64,000 nucleotides of DNA from Octopus bimaculoides. Taxonomy: Eukaryota. The position numbers and the translations under genes are program-made. Below, piece by piece: positions 12,777-23,604 of this stretch (the stretch's first letter is position 1; every line of letters starts with the position of its first letter). The stretch is taken from assembly GCF_001194135.2 (NCBI RefSeq), contig NC_068987.1, positions 72,843,288 through 72,907,287 on the forward strand. Direction: 5' to 3'. Under the pieces are notes generated by a model, which worked only from the letters and a program-made list of their open reading frames with translations, did no database searches and was not told where the DNA came from.

Positions 12777-13098
12777 GGAAGGCGCATGGCTTTCTGGCTA
12801 GGGTATTCGGCTCAGGATCTTAAGGTCGTGAGTTCGATTCCCTGCAGCGCGTTCTGTCCTTAACCAAGACACTTTATTTCATGTCGCTCCAGTTCGTTCA
12901 GTCGGTAAAAATGAGTAGTCCTTATAATTCAAAGGAGCCAGCCTTGCCACATTTTGTGTCACGCTGAATCTCCTTGAGAACTATATAAAGGGTACGCGTG
13001 TGTGGAATATTCAGCCACTTGCACGTTAAATTAAGAGCAGGCTATTCAGTTAATCGGATCAACTTGAACCCTCGTCGTCGTAACTGACGGAATGCTAG
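12777..13098 (+). mobile_element. tRNA-derived SINE with CORE-like centre
   Basis: A/B-box head (GAGTTCGATTCC), then tgtccttaaccaagacact...aaaaatgagt; 3' half shared with the SINEs at 51913 and 60596. A minus-strand copy lies at 54212-54510. Confidence 0.8.
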
Positions 13099-14304
13099 TT
13101 ATTATATATGTGTGTGTGTGTGTCGAGGGGTGGGGTGGGGGGTTGAATAAGATCACGGAAGACAGCAATCTTTCTACTGTAAAGTTTTAGACATCTGATT
13201 CATTTTAGACAGCAGCAAATTTTACCTTTACTATGCATCAAATGAATGGCTATTTTACATCAATAAGAACTCTAAATCTGTTAAGCATTCTCGTAGTTTA
13301 TAGTCTTTAGGATTAGCAGGCATTTTACCTCTTTATTCATTTTATCAGACGAGAAAGTATATAATAGTGCTTCACATTATTACAACAAAGCACTGAGATG
13401 CCATGAACTTTCAGAAAGGATGAATTACATACTTGAACCACTTGTTCCTAAGTGTTAAAATAGATCCAGGAGAATTTGTAATACAATTAAGCTGTGGTCT
13501 GATATTTCTATGAAATTCTTGATCTTGATCTTTCTCTTCACTTTTCAATCCACCTATCTGCAAATGCCACTTCATCGATAACATTTTCATCCTTATGCAT
13601 GACTACAAAAGATCTTGTAAATACCAGAGAGTTCTTTTCAGTGGAGTTCCTTGTTAATATTCTATTGTGGTTAAAATGGATTAAAGAAATAAATATTTTG
13701 ATTAAATATTATTGGTTTCACTTGTAACACCTCCTTCATATTCTAGCCTTAAAGAATTTAAGGTTTTTTTTAATATTACAAGATTCTCACTGCAGTTAGA
13801 TGAAAGTTTGGAGGGATTTAATAGATGTAATTGTTAAGAATATAATGCAAGCAATCCAAAGATGCAGTGTTGGATGACACAACTGTGCTGATAAAGATTA
13901 AATATTACGATCTTGTACACTTGCTTAATGATTCTTCCTTTACTGCTTTGGCAAACACAATGAAGTTTATGCTTTGCTGATGAGGCTACAATAATACTGA
14001 AACATGTATGGAGTTGTCTCTCATACTTGAAGAAATAATTAAAGGATATAGTTCTTTGAAAAGTGGTTGATGATTAGAAAGGCATGCAAAAAACAATGGC
14101 AACAACAAAGAATTGCAGTTTTCTTTATTGTTGTTTATACCAGATGACAAAGCTAAAATGCAGGGTTAAAACAAATCTGTTCAACCCATGCTAGCATTGG
14201 AAAAAATGTATGTTTTTGTAATATTTTCTGCAATAGGAATTTTAACAGAAGCTCCACTATTGAATATCACAGTTTCATACTAAAATAAGTACCATATGCA
14301 TTCT

Positions 14305-14376
14305 TCAGACGACTGTTGCAGAACATTCGACTGTCCATGTTTCCTTTTCATTGCATGGTATCAAAAATTGACAGAC
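14305..14376 (-). CDS. EFCAB7: EFCAB7 coding exon 16 (last): VCQFLIPCNEKETWTVECSATVV*
   Basis: Acceptor ttctttcAG, phase 0, stop TGA 14307-14305; matches the recalled human C-terminus VCQHVMPLNERQEW. Confidence 0.88.
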   Translation of the reverse strand, partial: VCQFLIPCNEKETWTVECSATVV

Positions 14377-14486
14377 CTGAAAGAAGTCATAGAAATAACA
14401 TTTAAGAATTATTTTGTATCATTAACACATTTTTTTTTAATCCTGTGTGAGATTGTCTGGTTTCTAAACAAAACTTCTAGTTTTAA

Positions 14487-14701
14487 CCCTTTAACACTCA
14501 GATTACTCTGTCAAATTTAATGTTTATTTATTTACATTGTTTTGAATTAATCATACATTACCTCATAGCTTTGAGATTTTGATGATGTGTTTGTTTATTT
14601 TCAGAATGACACTAAAGTGTAGGTGTAAGAGGCCAGATCTGGCTGGTTTGAATATAAAAATGGTAGAATAATTCGGTTGAATATGGCTGAATACTAAAGG
14701 G
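14487..14701. mobile_element. piggyBac-type MITE
   Basis: TTAA|CCCTTT...AAAGGG|TTAA; same family at 18436-18649 and a related family at 17911-18132. Confidence 0.8.
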
Positions 14702-15446
14702 TTAAAATGTTTGCATTTAAATTTAAGCTTTCTGTCATAGTTACATAAGAGCATGCTTTTGTTATATTATATTCCAAATATTGGTTTGATAATTGGTTCT
14801 GATATAAGCACAAAGTCAAAATTTGGGCCTAGAAGAGGGATGTTAGTCAAATTGATCCCAGTATTTAAATGGTATTTTAAAGTTGATCTCAGTGGCATTT
14901 GAACTCAGAACACGAAGAGTGGAAACAAATACTGCAAGGCATTGTGACATATGCTTAAATGATCCTGTTAATCTGTCACCCTTACACTATCTTAATAATG
15001 GTTTCATAATGAATACAGTTAGTGAGAGGTTGGCATCCTATCCAGAAGAAATTTATTTTGTCTGTGTTCCACACTTTCATATAGCACACATATCTATAAA
15101 TAAGGGTATGTTGCTACATATACATGAATATCCTAGACTACTTTCCAAGATATCATATAAGTGATTAAAGCAGGTTCCCCCATAGACGTGCTACAATCCC
15201 TACATTTTGATTTTTATCCCAAATATCTAATAACACCGAGCTCCAAGTAGATTATCATCATCCAGTCTGCTTTCAGTATAGTTGTTTAGCTACTACTATA
15301 CTTATCACTATTACTAATTAAGATACACAGAGCTAATGTGGGAGATATTACAATAAGCACAAGTTTATACCACAACAGTGAAACATATGTAGGAAGAAAT
15401 GGTATAAACTTGTGTATATCACAATTTCTCATTTATTAAATATATA

Positions 15447-15666
15447 CAGGGTGCAGATTTTAAATTGGTGCCTTTGTTTAAACAAAAAAAAAAAATATAT
15501 ACTATTTTGAAAGCTGAGGTGCAAACTAATATCATTTTCCTTTCAGATTGTCATGTCTGCACTTGTACTCTTTCTGTGCAAGACTTTCACAATTGCTACA
15601 AATATGTGCCACACTTTCAACTTTCTCCCCACACATTCTGCAGAGGTTCTTTGCACTTGTGTAGTA

Positions 15667-15702
<36 letters not shown>

Positions 15703-16810
15703 TCCACTGAGCTGGTATTTCATGCCTGGTGAACCCAGACAGATTAAAAGAATACAAGTGACCTAAGGAATGGAAAAGGAAGGCAATGGTGCATGCAGTC
15801 TGCGTCAGCATGAATAAGGCCATCGTTGACAACTTAAAGGTCCCACTGCATGCAGTCCAAAGGGTAAGGGAGGAGTTAGAGGACAGTAACTTTGATGGCA
15901 ACACTATAACTGCAAGGAAAAGTCATAATGACAGTAAGCAAAGACCCCCACCCCACCATTGGGATACGGAAGATTGTCAGGCAACTAGGTTGTGATGAGA
16001 AGACTGTTAGGACTTGTGTGAATGAAGACCTTTGTTACAAGTCTTACAAGATGCAGACAGGACAGCTGCTTACTCAGAAGTCCTCGGAGAAGTGCATGAA
16101 GAAGCTGTTGAACATGTTGAAGTATCCTCTGGAATCAAACATAATTGTGGGTTTTCTCGGATATAAAAACAAAACAACTTTTGCCAGATCAAGGCGCACA
16201 GCAAGTAGAATGATGATTAGTAGTTAACCCACATGAGGTTCTCAGGGTCATGAAAACCAAGTTTCCAGTCCACATCATGCTTTTTGGAATGATCAGCAGT
16301 GAGGGACATGTTATGCCTCTTCACATCATTAATGTGGAACTGAAGATGAAGCAGGATATCTACCAGGGTGTTCTAGAGATTGTGGTGAAGCCCTGGATTG
16401 AAGAGGTAGTAGGAAGAAGACTTTATTTGTTCCAGTAAGATTCTGCACATGTACATAGTGCCACGAAGACTCAAAAGTGGCTCTTCTGACAAACTTTTAC
16501 AACCATGCCGGCTTCTTAACTAACCAGACTGCAATCCTCTAGACTACCTTTTTGGAGATGTGGTCGAAAGGGTCACCAACAAGCAGATATTCCAAGATTT
16601 ATCAGTGGCAACTGTGAAACATGCCTGTTCTTGATTCCACAGTTGTCTTGTGGAGTTTGTTAAAGCTGGTCGGAGTTATATTGATTGATTATATAGTATA
16701 CAGAGCCAGTAATTTTGTATGTCTTGAATTTTTAATAAATCTTAAATGTTAAGATTTTATGCCTATTTTCTAGAACTTGTTGGCTGCACCAATTCTACGT
16801 CAACCCCCTG
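15447..16810 (+). mobile_element. Degenerate maT (DD37D-like) transposon
   Basis: TA|CAGGG...AATTGGTGC termini at both ends; ORF pieces MKTKFPVHIMLFGMISSEGHVMP...VVKPWIEEV..R.YLFQ*DSA. Confidence 0.75.
15530..15665 (-). mobile_element. R4/Dong-type (RLE) LINE fragment, zinc knuckle
   Basis: CRMCGEKVESVAHICSNCESLAQKEYKCRHDN; nested in the maT element. Confidence 0.7.
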
Positions 16811-16897
16811 TAGATAAATGTCTCTTTACATATGTTTATTCATAACCAGCAAGTACATTTGGTACTCCAATAATAAACAAGTAAAATGTATACTTAC

Positions 16898-17005
16898 CTT
16901 ACAAGATAATGGCTGTACATTTACAGTGTTTTTGAATTGGTTTGTGTTGCTGCAACAATTCATACTTCCAGTGTTGTCTACACAAATAGTTACATTGTTT
17001 TTACT
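16898..17005 (-). CDS. EFCAB7: EFCAB7 coding exon 15: SKNNVTICVDNTGSMNCCSNTNQFKNTVNVQPLSCK
   Basis: tttatAG / GTAAGT, 108 bp, phase 0-0; aligns to recalled SDEKVIIHISNELSKNCINN...VEVGPKSTM. Confidence 0.85.
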
Positions 17006-17584
17006 CTATAAACAACAACAACAACAACATTGCAGCCATAGATTATAGTTGTGATAACCTCATGAGGATTTATATAATGTTTATGAGTTATTACCAAAAC
17101 ATACATTCAACAGATTAATTATAACTTTACCTTTCTTCTATAGATTGTCTCCACTTGTCTCCCCTTCTACTGTCATCCTTGTTGTGTACAAGTTCCCACC
17201 AGGCCCTAAGCTAATTACTATACCCAGAACACTGGTTCTCTGGAACACCCTCCCTGCTTATGTCTTTTCTGCCAGCATTCACTTACAAAGGTTCAAGAGA
17301 AACATTAATGACACTAATATCACTGGTCTAGGTAAGTCTGAAAATGGTATGAACAATGCTTCTTCTTCCAGTCACAGCAAATTTTAAATAAAATACTCAA
17401 AAGGAAGATTTTGGTATCAACTTATATAGGACCATTCCTGGTTATATGATACAAATTCTCTTATTTTTAAGTATTTCACATCTTAATTAAAAACACTTCA
17501 CAATTTCATGCAAAAACCTTTTGTTAACTGATGTTCAAACTACTTGTTTAATAAATATAATAACAATGAATAAAAAAAATGTAA

Positions 17585-17890
17585 ATATTTGACTAAATCC
17601 CATTAGAAATATTTTTCCCCACTCAGAGTTGCTGAAGCATGGAACAAACTACCTGCATCAGTTGTTAGTTGCCGAGATATTGCATTCTTTAAAACCTCCA
17701 TGCTTCCTGAAATTCACCAACACTACACCTGATATCTCCTCTCTACTATACACATGAACACATGTATATCATGACTCATACATTGTTCATTTTCCTGACA
17801 TTTGTACATAATTCTAAGAACTATAATGCACCTTTGATGAGTTGTAGTGCACCTGAGCACTATACATGATAATTTCATTATCATTATCAT
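17585..17890 (+). mobile_element. CR1-type LINE 3' end
   Basis: FFPLRVAEAWNKLPASVVSCRDIAFFK, then a 3' UTR with an ATT-type tail; a similar end lies at ~17150-17320 (RTLVLWNTLP..FK). Confidence 0.6.
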
Positions 17891-18435
17891 AGGATTCTTT
17901 GTTTTCTTAACCCTTTTGTTACCATATTTGTTTTGAGATACTCTGTGTTTCTTTCAAATAATTTTAAATATAACAAAGAATTTAGTAAAACAACTTAGTT
18001 ATCATTAAGCTAGTATTAGGAACATAAATTGTGACTAAGGTTTCGTGGAAGATTTTAATTCAAAACTTATGAAAACAAGACATTTGTACAACAGAACCAG
18101 AGGTGTTTTCAGCCAAGTTGGTATCGAAAGGGTAAAACTCATAAATAGTGTATTTCAAAAGAAATATATGGCCAAAGAAAGTTTAAAGTGTTTTTATGAG
18201 TAATACAATAGAGATAAGCTATGTCTATTAACCTTCGTTTACCTTTAAAACTCATCACTTCTTTCCCCACTACTTATGTTCTTTGTGAAACCATTTAAAT
18301 AAGAAGTAATAACATAAACATCCTTTTGTTAAAAATATAAAACTGATGAAAGCTTTACTCTTATGTAAGAAATAATCATTGATTTATAACACTGGCACAA
18401 GATCAGAATCTTGGAGAAGTAGCATAATCAGTTAA

Positions 18436-18649
18436 CCCTTTAGCAGTCAGAATATTTTGACAAATATAATGCTTATTTATTGGCATTGTTTTTTAATTAA
18501 CCATGTACTGTTTTGTAGCTATGAGATTTTGACAGAGTAACTGTTAATTCTTTAGAATGACGTTGGTGTGAGAAACTAAATCTGGCCAGTTTGAATATAA
18601 TACAGACAGAATATTTTGGTCAGATATGGTTGGCTTAAATGCTGAAGGG
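18436..18649. mobile_element. piggyBac-type MITE (same family as 14487-14701)
   Basis: TTAA|CCCTTT...AAGGG and shared internal sequence. Confidence 0.75.
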
Positions 18650-18975
18650 TAAAACCAGCCAAGGTACTTGGCTGCTACATTTTCCAAAGCAGATGAATAA
18701 AAGGGATTTGAACTCAGAATGTAAAGAGAAGTGACTAAATAACGTAAAATATTTTGTCTGATGCCCTAATGATTTTGCTAATCAGAAATAATTAATAAAG
18801 TGCATCCTCATTGTTGGTGCATATTGCATATACTGCTGAAGCACAAGAATATTTTATGGGTAATGCCAGAATTTAATTCTGTATGTTCTCAGAACGGCAA
18901 CAGTACATTCCATTATTGAGTGGCGAACAAAAGAAAAAAACTTCTCTAGGCATGGGTTAGATGGAAAGGTACATG

Positions 18976-19014
<39 letters not shown>

Positions 19015-20539
19015 TTATACACACACTCACTAACACACACACATGCATCAACATGTGCAAAATCTGTGATGATCATGACTGGAACATGTTTCAACATAAG
19101 TCTGCTTCATCAGGGCTGACCTGGAGTAAATAACAACAACAACAACAATAATAATAATAATGGATACTGTGCAACTTTGACAAGCAGGTCTGATGAGATG
19201 TAAATAGTTTTTCTGACAAGTGTGAGATTATGAACCCAAAGTATTTTTTATATGACAAAGGTCAGGAAAACGTGGAAAATTTAGACATAACTGAAGTCAT
19301 CAAATATTGAAAATGCTGACATATTGACAATAATGGATGCTATAAATATTCATAGGCTCATTCACAGTTATATAAATAATCATTCTTACAAAAACAGTTT
19401 ATTGTACTTAGGAACAAACCATTGACTTATTTCAGGTTTATTCTACCAAACCAAGAAATTTGTGGCAGTCTTGTTTAATGACTAAATAACCAGATTTTCA
19501 TTTTATTTTATTTCTTTTTTTTTTAAGGTCTAAGAGGGAAAGGGTAGCACACAGGACTCTTTCCTGGAAGGTGCGTTTCAAGACTGGTAGAATGAAGGGA
19601 GGGAGTTACCATCAGATGGGAGACCTGTCCCTAATGCTGTGGACTCAGCTAAAGTCATCCATGAACAAACAAGGTGGTGGTGTTAAACATGGCTATAGAT
19701 TATATCTACAACTCAAACATAAAATTACTACTACTACTACTACTACTACTGCTACTGCTGCTGATGATGATGATAATGGTGATGATGATGGCTCTTTCAA
19801 TTTACTCACAAGGTGAGCAATTTTAACAAGAGCTGGGTAGCTAGTTGATTACATTGACCCTAGTACCTCGACTGGTACTTGCTTTGTCAACCCCAAAAGG
19901 AAGAAAGGCAAAGTTAAGTTCAGTGGGTTTGAACTCAGAAAAAATGCCTCTAAGCAATTTGTCCGATGCACTAAAAAGTGCTCAAATGCACTACAACTTG
20001 TTGAGAAATGGTAAGAGAGAGAAAGAAAATTATCAATAAGTCAAACAGGGACAAGTGGCAATGAAAACCAAAAGTGCATGCATGGTACACAGAATATAAA
20101 AAAGACAGAAAAGTGAACAGTAAAAGAGCAACAAAGAGAGGAAAGGTGCATAGGTACATCGGGAATAGTGTTGGCAATTTTGGGGAAGCATGGAATTTTT
20201 GAAAGATGCATGGTCCTGATAGCTAATAACTGCCAAGGATAGTTTGGTCAATGCTTTGACAGTTCTGCTTCAGAATTATTCCAGATATTTCAGTCATCAG
20301 GTTTGCCTAGTATGTAATGATAAGATTTAGCTAAAAAAAAAGAAACCAAAACTACTACATATTGGTTTCAAATTTTGGGGGAGGGGATAAGCCAAATACA
20401 TTGAACCAAATGTTCAGTTGGTACTTATTTATTTGATCCTGAAGGGATGAAAGTTAACCCCAGTGGAATTTGAACTCAGAATGTAAAGAAGACAGAAATG
20501 CGACTAAGCATTTTGCCTGGTGTGCCAGGGTTAAACAGA

Positions 20540-20736
20540 GGGGACAAACAAGGACAGTCAAAGGGATTAAGTCAATTACATCGACCCCAGTGCGTAACTG
20601 GTACTTAATTTATCGACCCCAAAAGGATGAAAGGCAAAGTCGACCTCGGTGGAATTTGAACTCAGAACGTAGCGGTAGACGAGATACCGCTAAGCATTTC
20701 GCCCAGTGTCCTAACGTTTCTGCCAGCTCGCCGTCT
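20540..20736 (-). mobile_element. tRNA-derived SINE (family B), best-preserved copy
   Basis: Head GGCGAGCTGGCAGAA...GAGTTCAAATTCC. Further copies near 14810, 19830, 20350, 26080, 28790, 30590, 40140, 40480-40780, 45300, 54960, 61120, 62640-63000 and 63010. Confidence 0.85.
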
Positions 20737-20811
20737 TAAACCTATTATGCTAACAATTTTGCCAGCTCACTGCCTTAAACCTATCATGCATGAAAAGTAA
20801 TTAACTATAGG

Positions 20812-20978
20812 CACAGGCATGGCTGTGTGGTTAAGAAGCTGGTTTTGCAGCCACATGGTTTCAGGTTCAGTCCCATGGTGTGACACCTTGAGCAAGTGTC
20901 TTCTACAATAGACCAAGGTCAGCCAATACCTTGTGAGTAAATTTGGTAGACAGAAACTGTGTGGAAGCCCAATGTATA
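20812..20978 (+). mobile_element. tRNA-derived SINE (family A)
   Basis: GCAGGCATGGCTGTGTGGTTAAGAAG...GGTTCAGTCCC...CCTTGAGCAAGTGTCTTCTA...CCTTGTGAGT..ATTTGGTAGAC. Further copies near 3060, 27530, 29300, 29900, 37360, 42300, 42800, 53160, 55730 and 62070. Confidence 0.85.
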
Positions 20979-21273
20979 TGAGGTGCTATCAAAAAGTTCC
21001 TAGACTAGTTATGTTTAATAAAAAATAACTTATTTACCAAAGTTTTAATGCAAAATTTCACATTGGCTCTTTGTTCTAACTTCTTGTCCATAACAAAATC
21101 ACAGACTACAGCATACACATGATCACAAAAATACAAATTTCACAACTTGCAAAGTAAACACGATGATGTCACTCAACACACTGCCTCATGAAGGTCATTG
21201 CTAACTCTTACCATGTGCTGCCACCTGTTGATGTGCTACAGAACTAGTCTGGGAACTTTGTGATAGCACCTCA
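20979..21273. mobile_element. mariner-type MITE
   Basis: TA|TGAGGTGCTATCAAAAAGTTCCTAGACTAGTT ... AACTAGTCTGGGAACTTTGTGATAGCACCTCA|TA. Confidence 0.85.
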
Positions 21274-22019
21274 TATACATTGGGTTTCCACACAGTTTCT
21301 GTCTACCAAATTTACTCACAAGGCATTGGCTTGTATATCAAAATAAAAGATCGAAGGTCCTTCCTGAGCCATAGGCTTATAAGATTGGTTTCCTAGATCC
21401 TGTAGTGTGAATATTTCTCCTGGATGGGATGCTGGTCTGTCATGAGATTACTCACTTTTGCCAGCTGAGCTGACTGGAACATCATGAAATGAAGTGTTTT
21501 GCTCCAGAAGACATCATATCACCCAATCCAAGAATCGAAACCACAATCTTATGATCAAGAGTGTAATACCTTAATCACTTAGCCACCTGCCTCCACACAC
21601 ACACACACACACACACATGTATGTGTGCATGTAGGTATGTATGTTTGAATGAATATGTACATGTGTGTCTTTATGTTTGTGTTTGTCTCATACCATTCCT
21701 ACCACTGCTTGACTGTCGGTTTGTTTATGACCCCGTAATCTAGCAGTTTGGCAAAAGAGATTGATAGAATAATTACCAGACTTTGAAATATAAGTACAGG
21801 GTTCAAATTTGTTTGACTCAATACTTTAAGGTGATGGCTCATCATGGCTGCAGTCCCGTGAATGAAACAAGTAAAAGGTTTGTCTTGTATGGGAAATTTT
21901 AGTCCAGAGACTTACAAGGTTACTGTCAAATAGAACCTAAAAACTGATTGGTATGGAGGGATTCACTCACCAATACAGTGAGACTTCTGGCCCAGAGACA
22001 TGCTGTCTCCTCATTCTGT

Positions 22020-22525
22020 CTTTTCTACTACTACTACTACTACTGTAACTTCTCCTCTTCTCATGTTCTCCTTGCACCACTACCATTACCACTACCACCA
22101 CTCGGCAAAAAAAAAAAATGAAGATGATTTTAATGATGATGACAACAACATCAAAAACAATGATGATGATAGTGGTGGTGGTGGTGGTGTGATGATGACA
22201 ATGATAATGAGGCTATTGATGATGAAGATGATGATGATGGTATTGATAGTGGTGGTGATGATGACTGTGGTGGTGGTGATTTTCATGATGATGAGAATAA
22301 CATCAGGAACAATGATGATAATGGTAGTGGTAGTGGTGGTGGTGGTGGTGGTAGCGATGATGATGATTAAAGCAATGATGATGATGGCAATGATGATGAT
22401 GATGATGGTGGTGGTAGTGGTATCGAAAATGGTGTTAGTTGTGGTGGTAGTCGTAGTGGTGGTGGGGTTCAGTGGTGGCAGCAACTGTGATGATGATGAT
22501 GATGACATTGATGATGATGACAAAT
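22020..22525. repeat. Compound trinucleotide tract (CTA/CCA, then GAT/GGT)
   Basis: Direct reading. Confidence 0.9.
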
Positions 22526-23289
22526 AGCATTCGTGCTAACATTACTTATGCACAGAACTGGTGTCACCTGCAGTCGTGACCAGAGTTGGTAATATTACGC
22601 CATCCAAACAGATGTGGTGGTAAAATGTGTACACTGCTCAGCTAAGCTTACCTTAAATGTGACAATCCCAGCTTTGCTGACAGATGCAATCAAACAAAGG
22701 ACAAATACTGCGAACGTTTTCTCAGACACATGTATATGTATGTGTCTTGAGTTTGAATAACTATGTGCAGGACTCACTTTGTAGACATATGTATGTATGT
22801 AAAGCCACATATAAGTACTTGTGTTTCAATGTAGGCAGTTTGCATTATGCAACTAATTTCATTAAGTCCAATAGGAGGGAATGGTAGGACTAAATCTGAC
22901 GCAGTATTTAGTTTGACTACTGATTCTAGTAGTCCACCAGTAACAATGATGATTCTGTTCATGGGAGAAAGGACAACTCTGTCTCTGTCTGTCTCTCTCA
23001 CTGTTTGTTTTCTTTCTCTCTCTCACTCTCTCATTTTCACTGTATGTATGTATGTATGTATGTATGCATGCATGCATCTACATAATTATGTATGTATGTA
23101 TGTATGTAGATGTGTATGTATATGCATATGCATATGTGCGTGTAACTATGTGTGCATCTATGTAAATATGTATGTACATATGTTAATAGTTTCTACACTC
23201 AATATTGCTCTAACCTATTGTACTTTTGCCTGCTGCACGCAGGCATAGAAAAGTAGACATTAAAATGATGATATATATATATATATCAT

Positions 23290-23460
23290 CACTCTCAGTG
23301 GTTGGTGTTAGGAAGGGCATCCAGCTGTAGAAACTCTGCCAAATCAGATTGGAGCCTGGTGTTGCCATCCGGTTTCACCAGTCCTCAGTCAAATCGTCCA
23401 ATCCATGCTAACATGGAAAGCGGACGTTAAACGATGATGATCATGATGATGATGATATAT
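23290..23460 (+). mobile_element. RTE-LINE 3'-UTR-derived element with (GAT)n tail
   Basis: GGTTGGTGTTAGGAAGGGCATCCAGCTGTAGAAAC...GCGGACGTTAAACGATGATGAT. Other copies near 27245, 30720, 32790, 33365-33945, 48410-48860 and 54040. Confidence 0.7.
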
Positions 23461-23569
23461 ATATATGCATAGTTATATACACACACACACACACATATAT
23501 ATACATGTGTGTGCGTGTGTGATTGCATGTGTTTGTGTGTATGTGTGCACGTTTGTGTGTGTGTGTGCA

Positions 23570-23604
<35 letters not shown>

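Noticed and set aside
13420-13610. Open minus-strand frame with AG/GT ends (…NCITNSPGSILTL…)
   Set aside because: It lies downstream of the EFCAB7 stop, and the true homologous exon was found at 16898-17005.
19081-19120. Minus-strand CTGATGA...GAAACATGTT hammerhead-like motif
   Set aside because: No stem I pairing. Sibling copies of this repeat (near 36775, 61940 and 62575) lack the core, so it is a chance product of mutation.
22000-22527. 175-aa and 143-aa ORFs resembling membrane or mucin proteins
   Set aside because: Pure trinucleotide-repeat translations with no splice or homology support.
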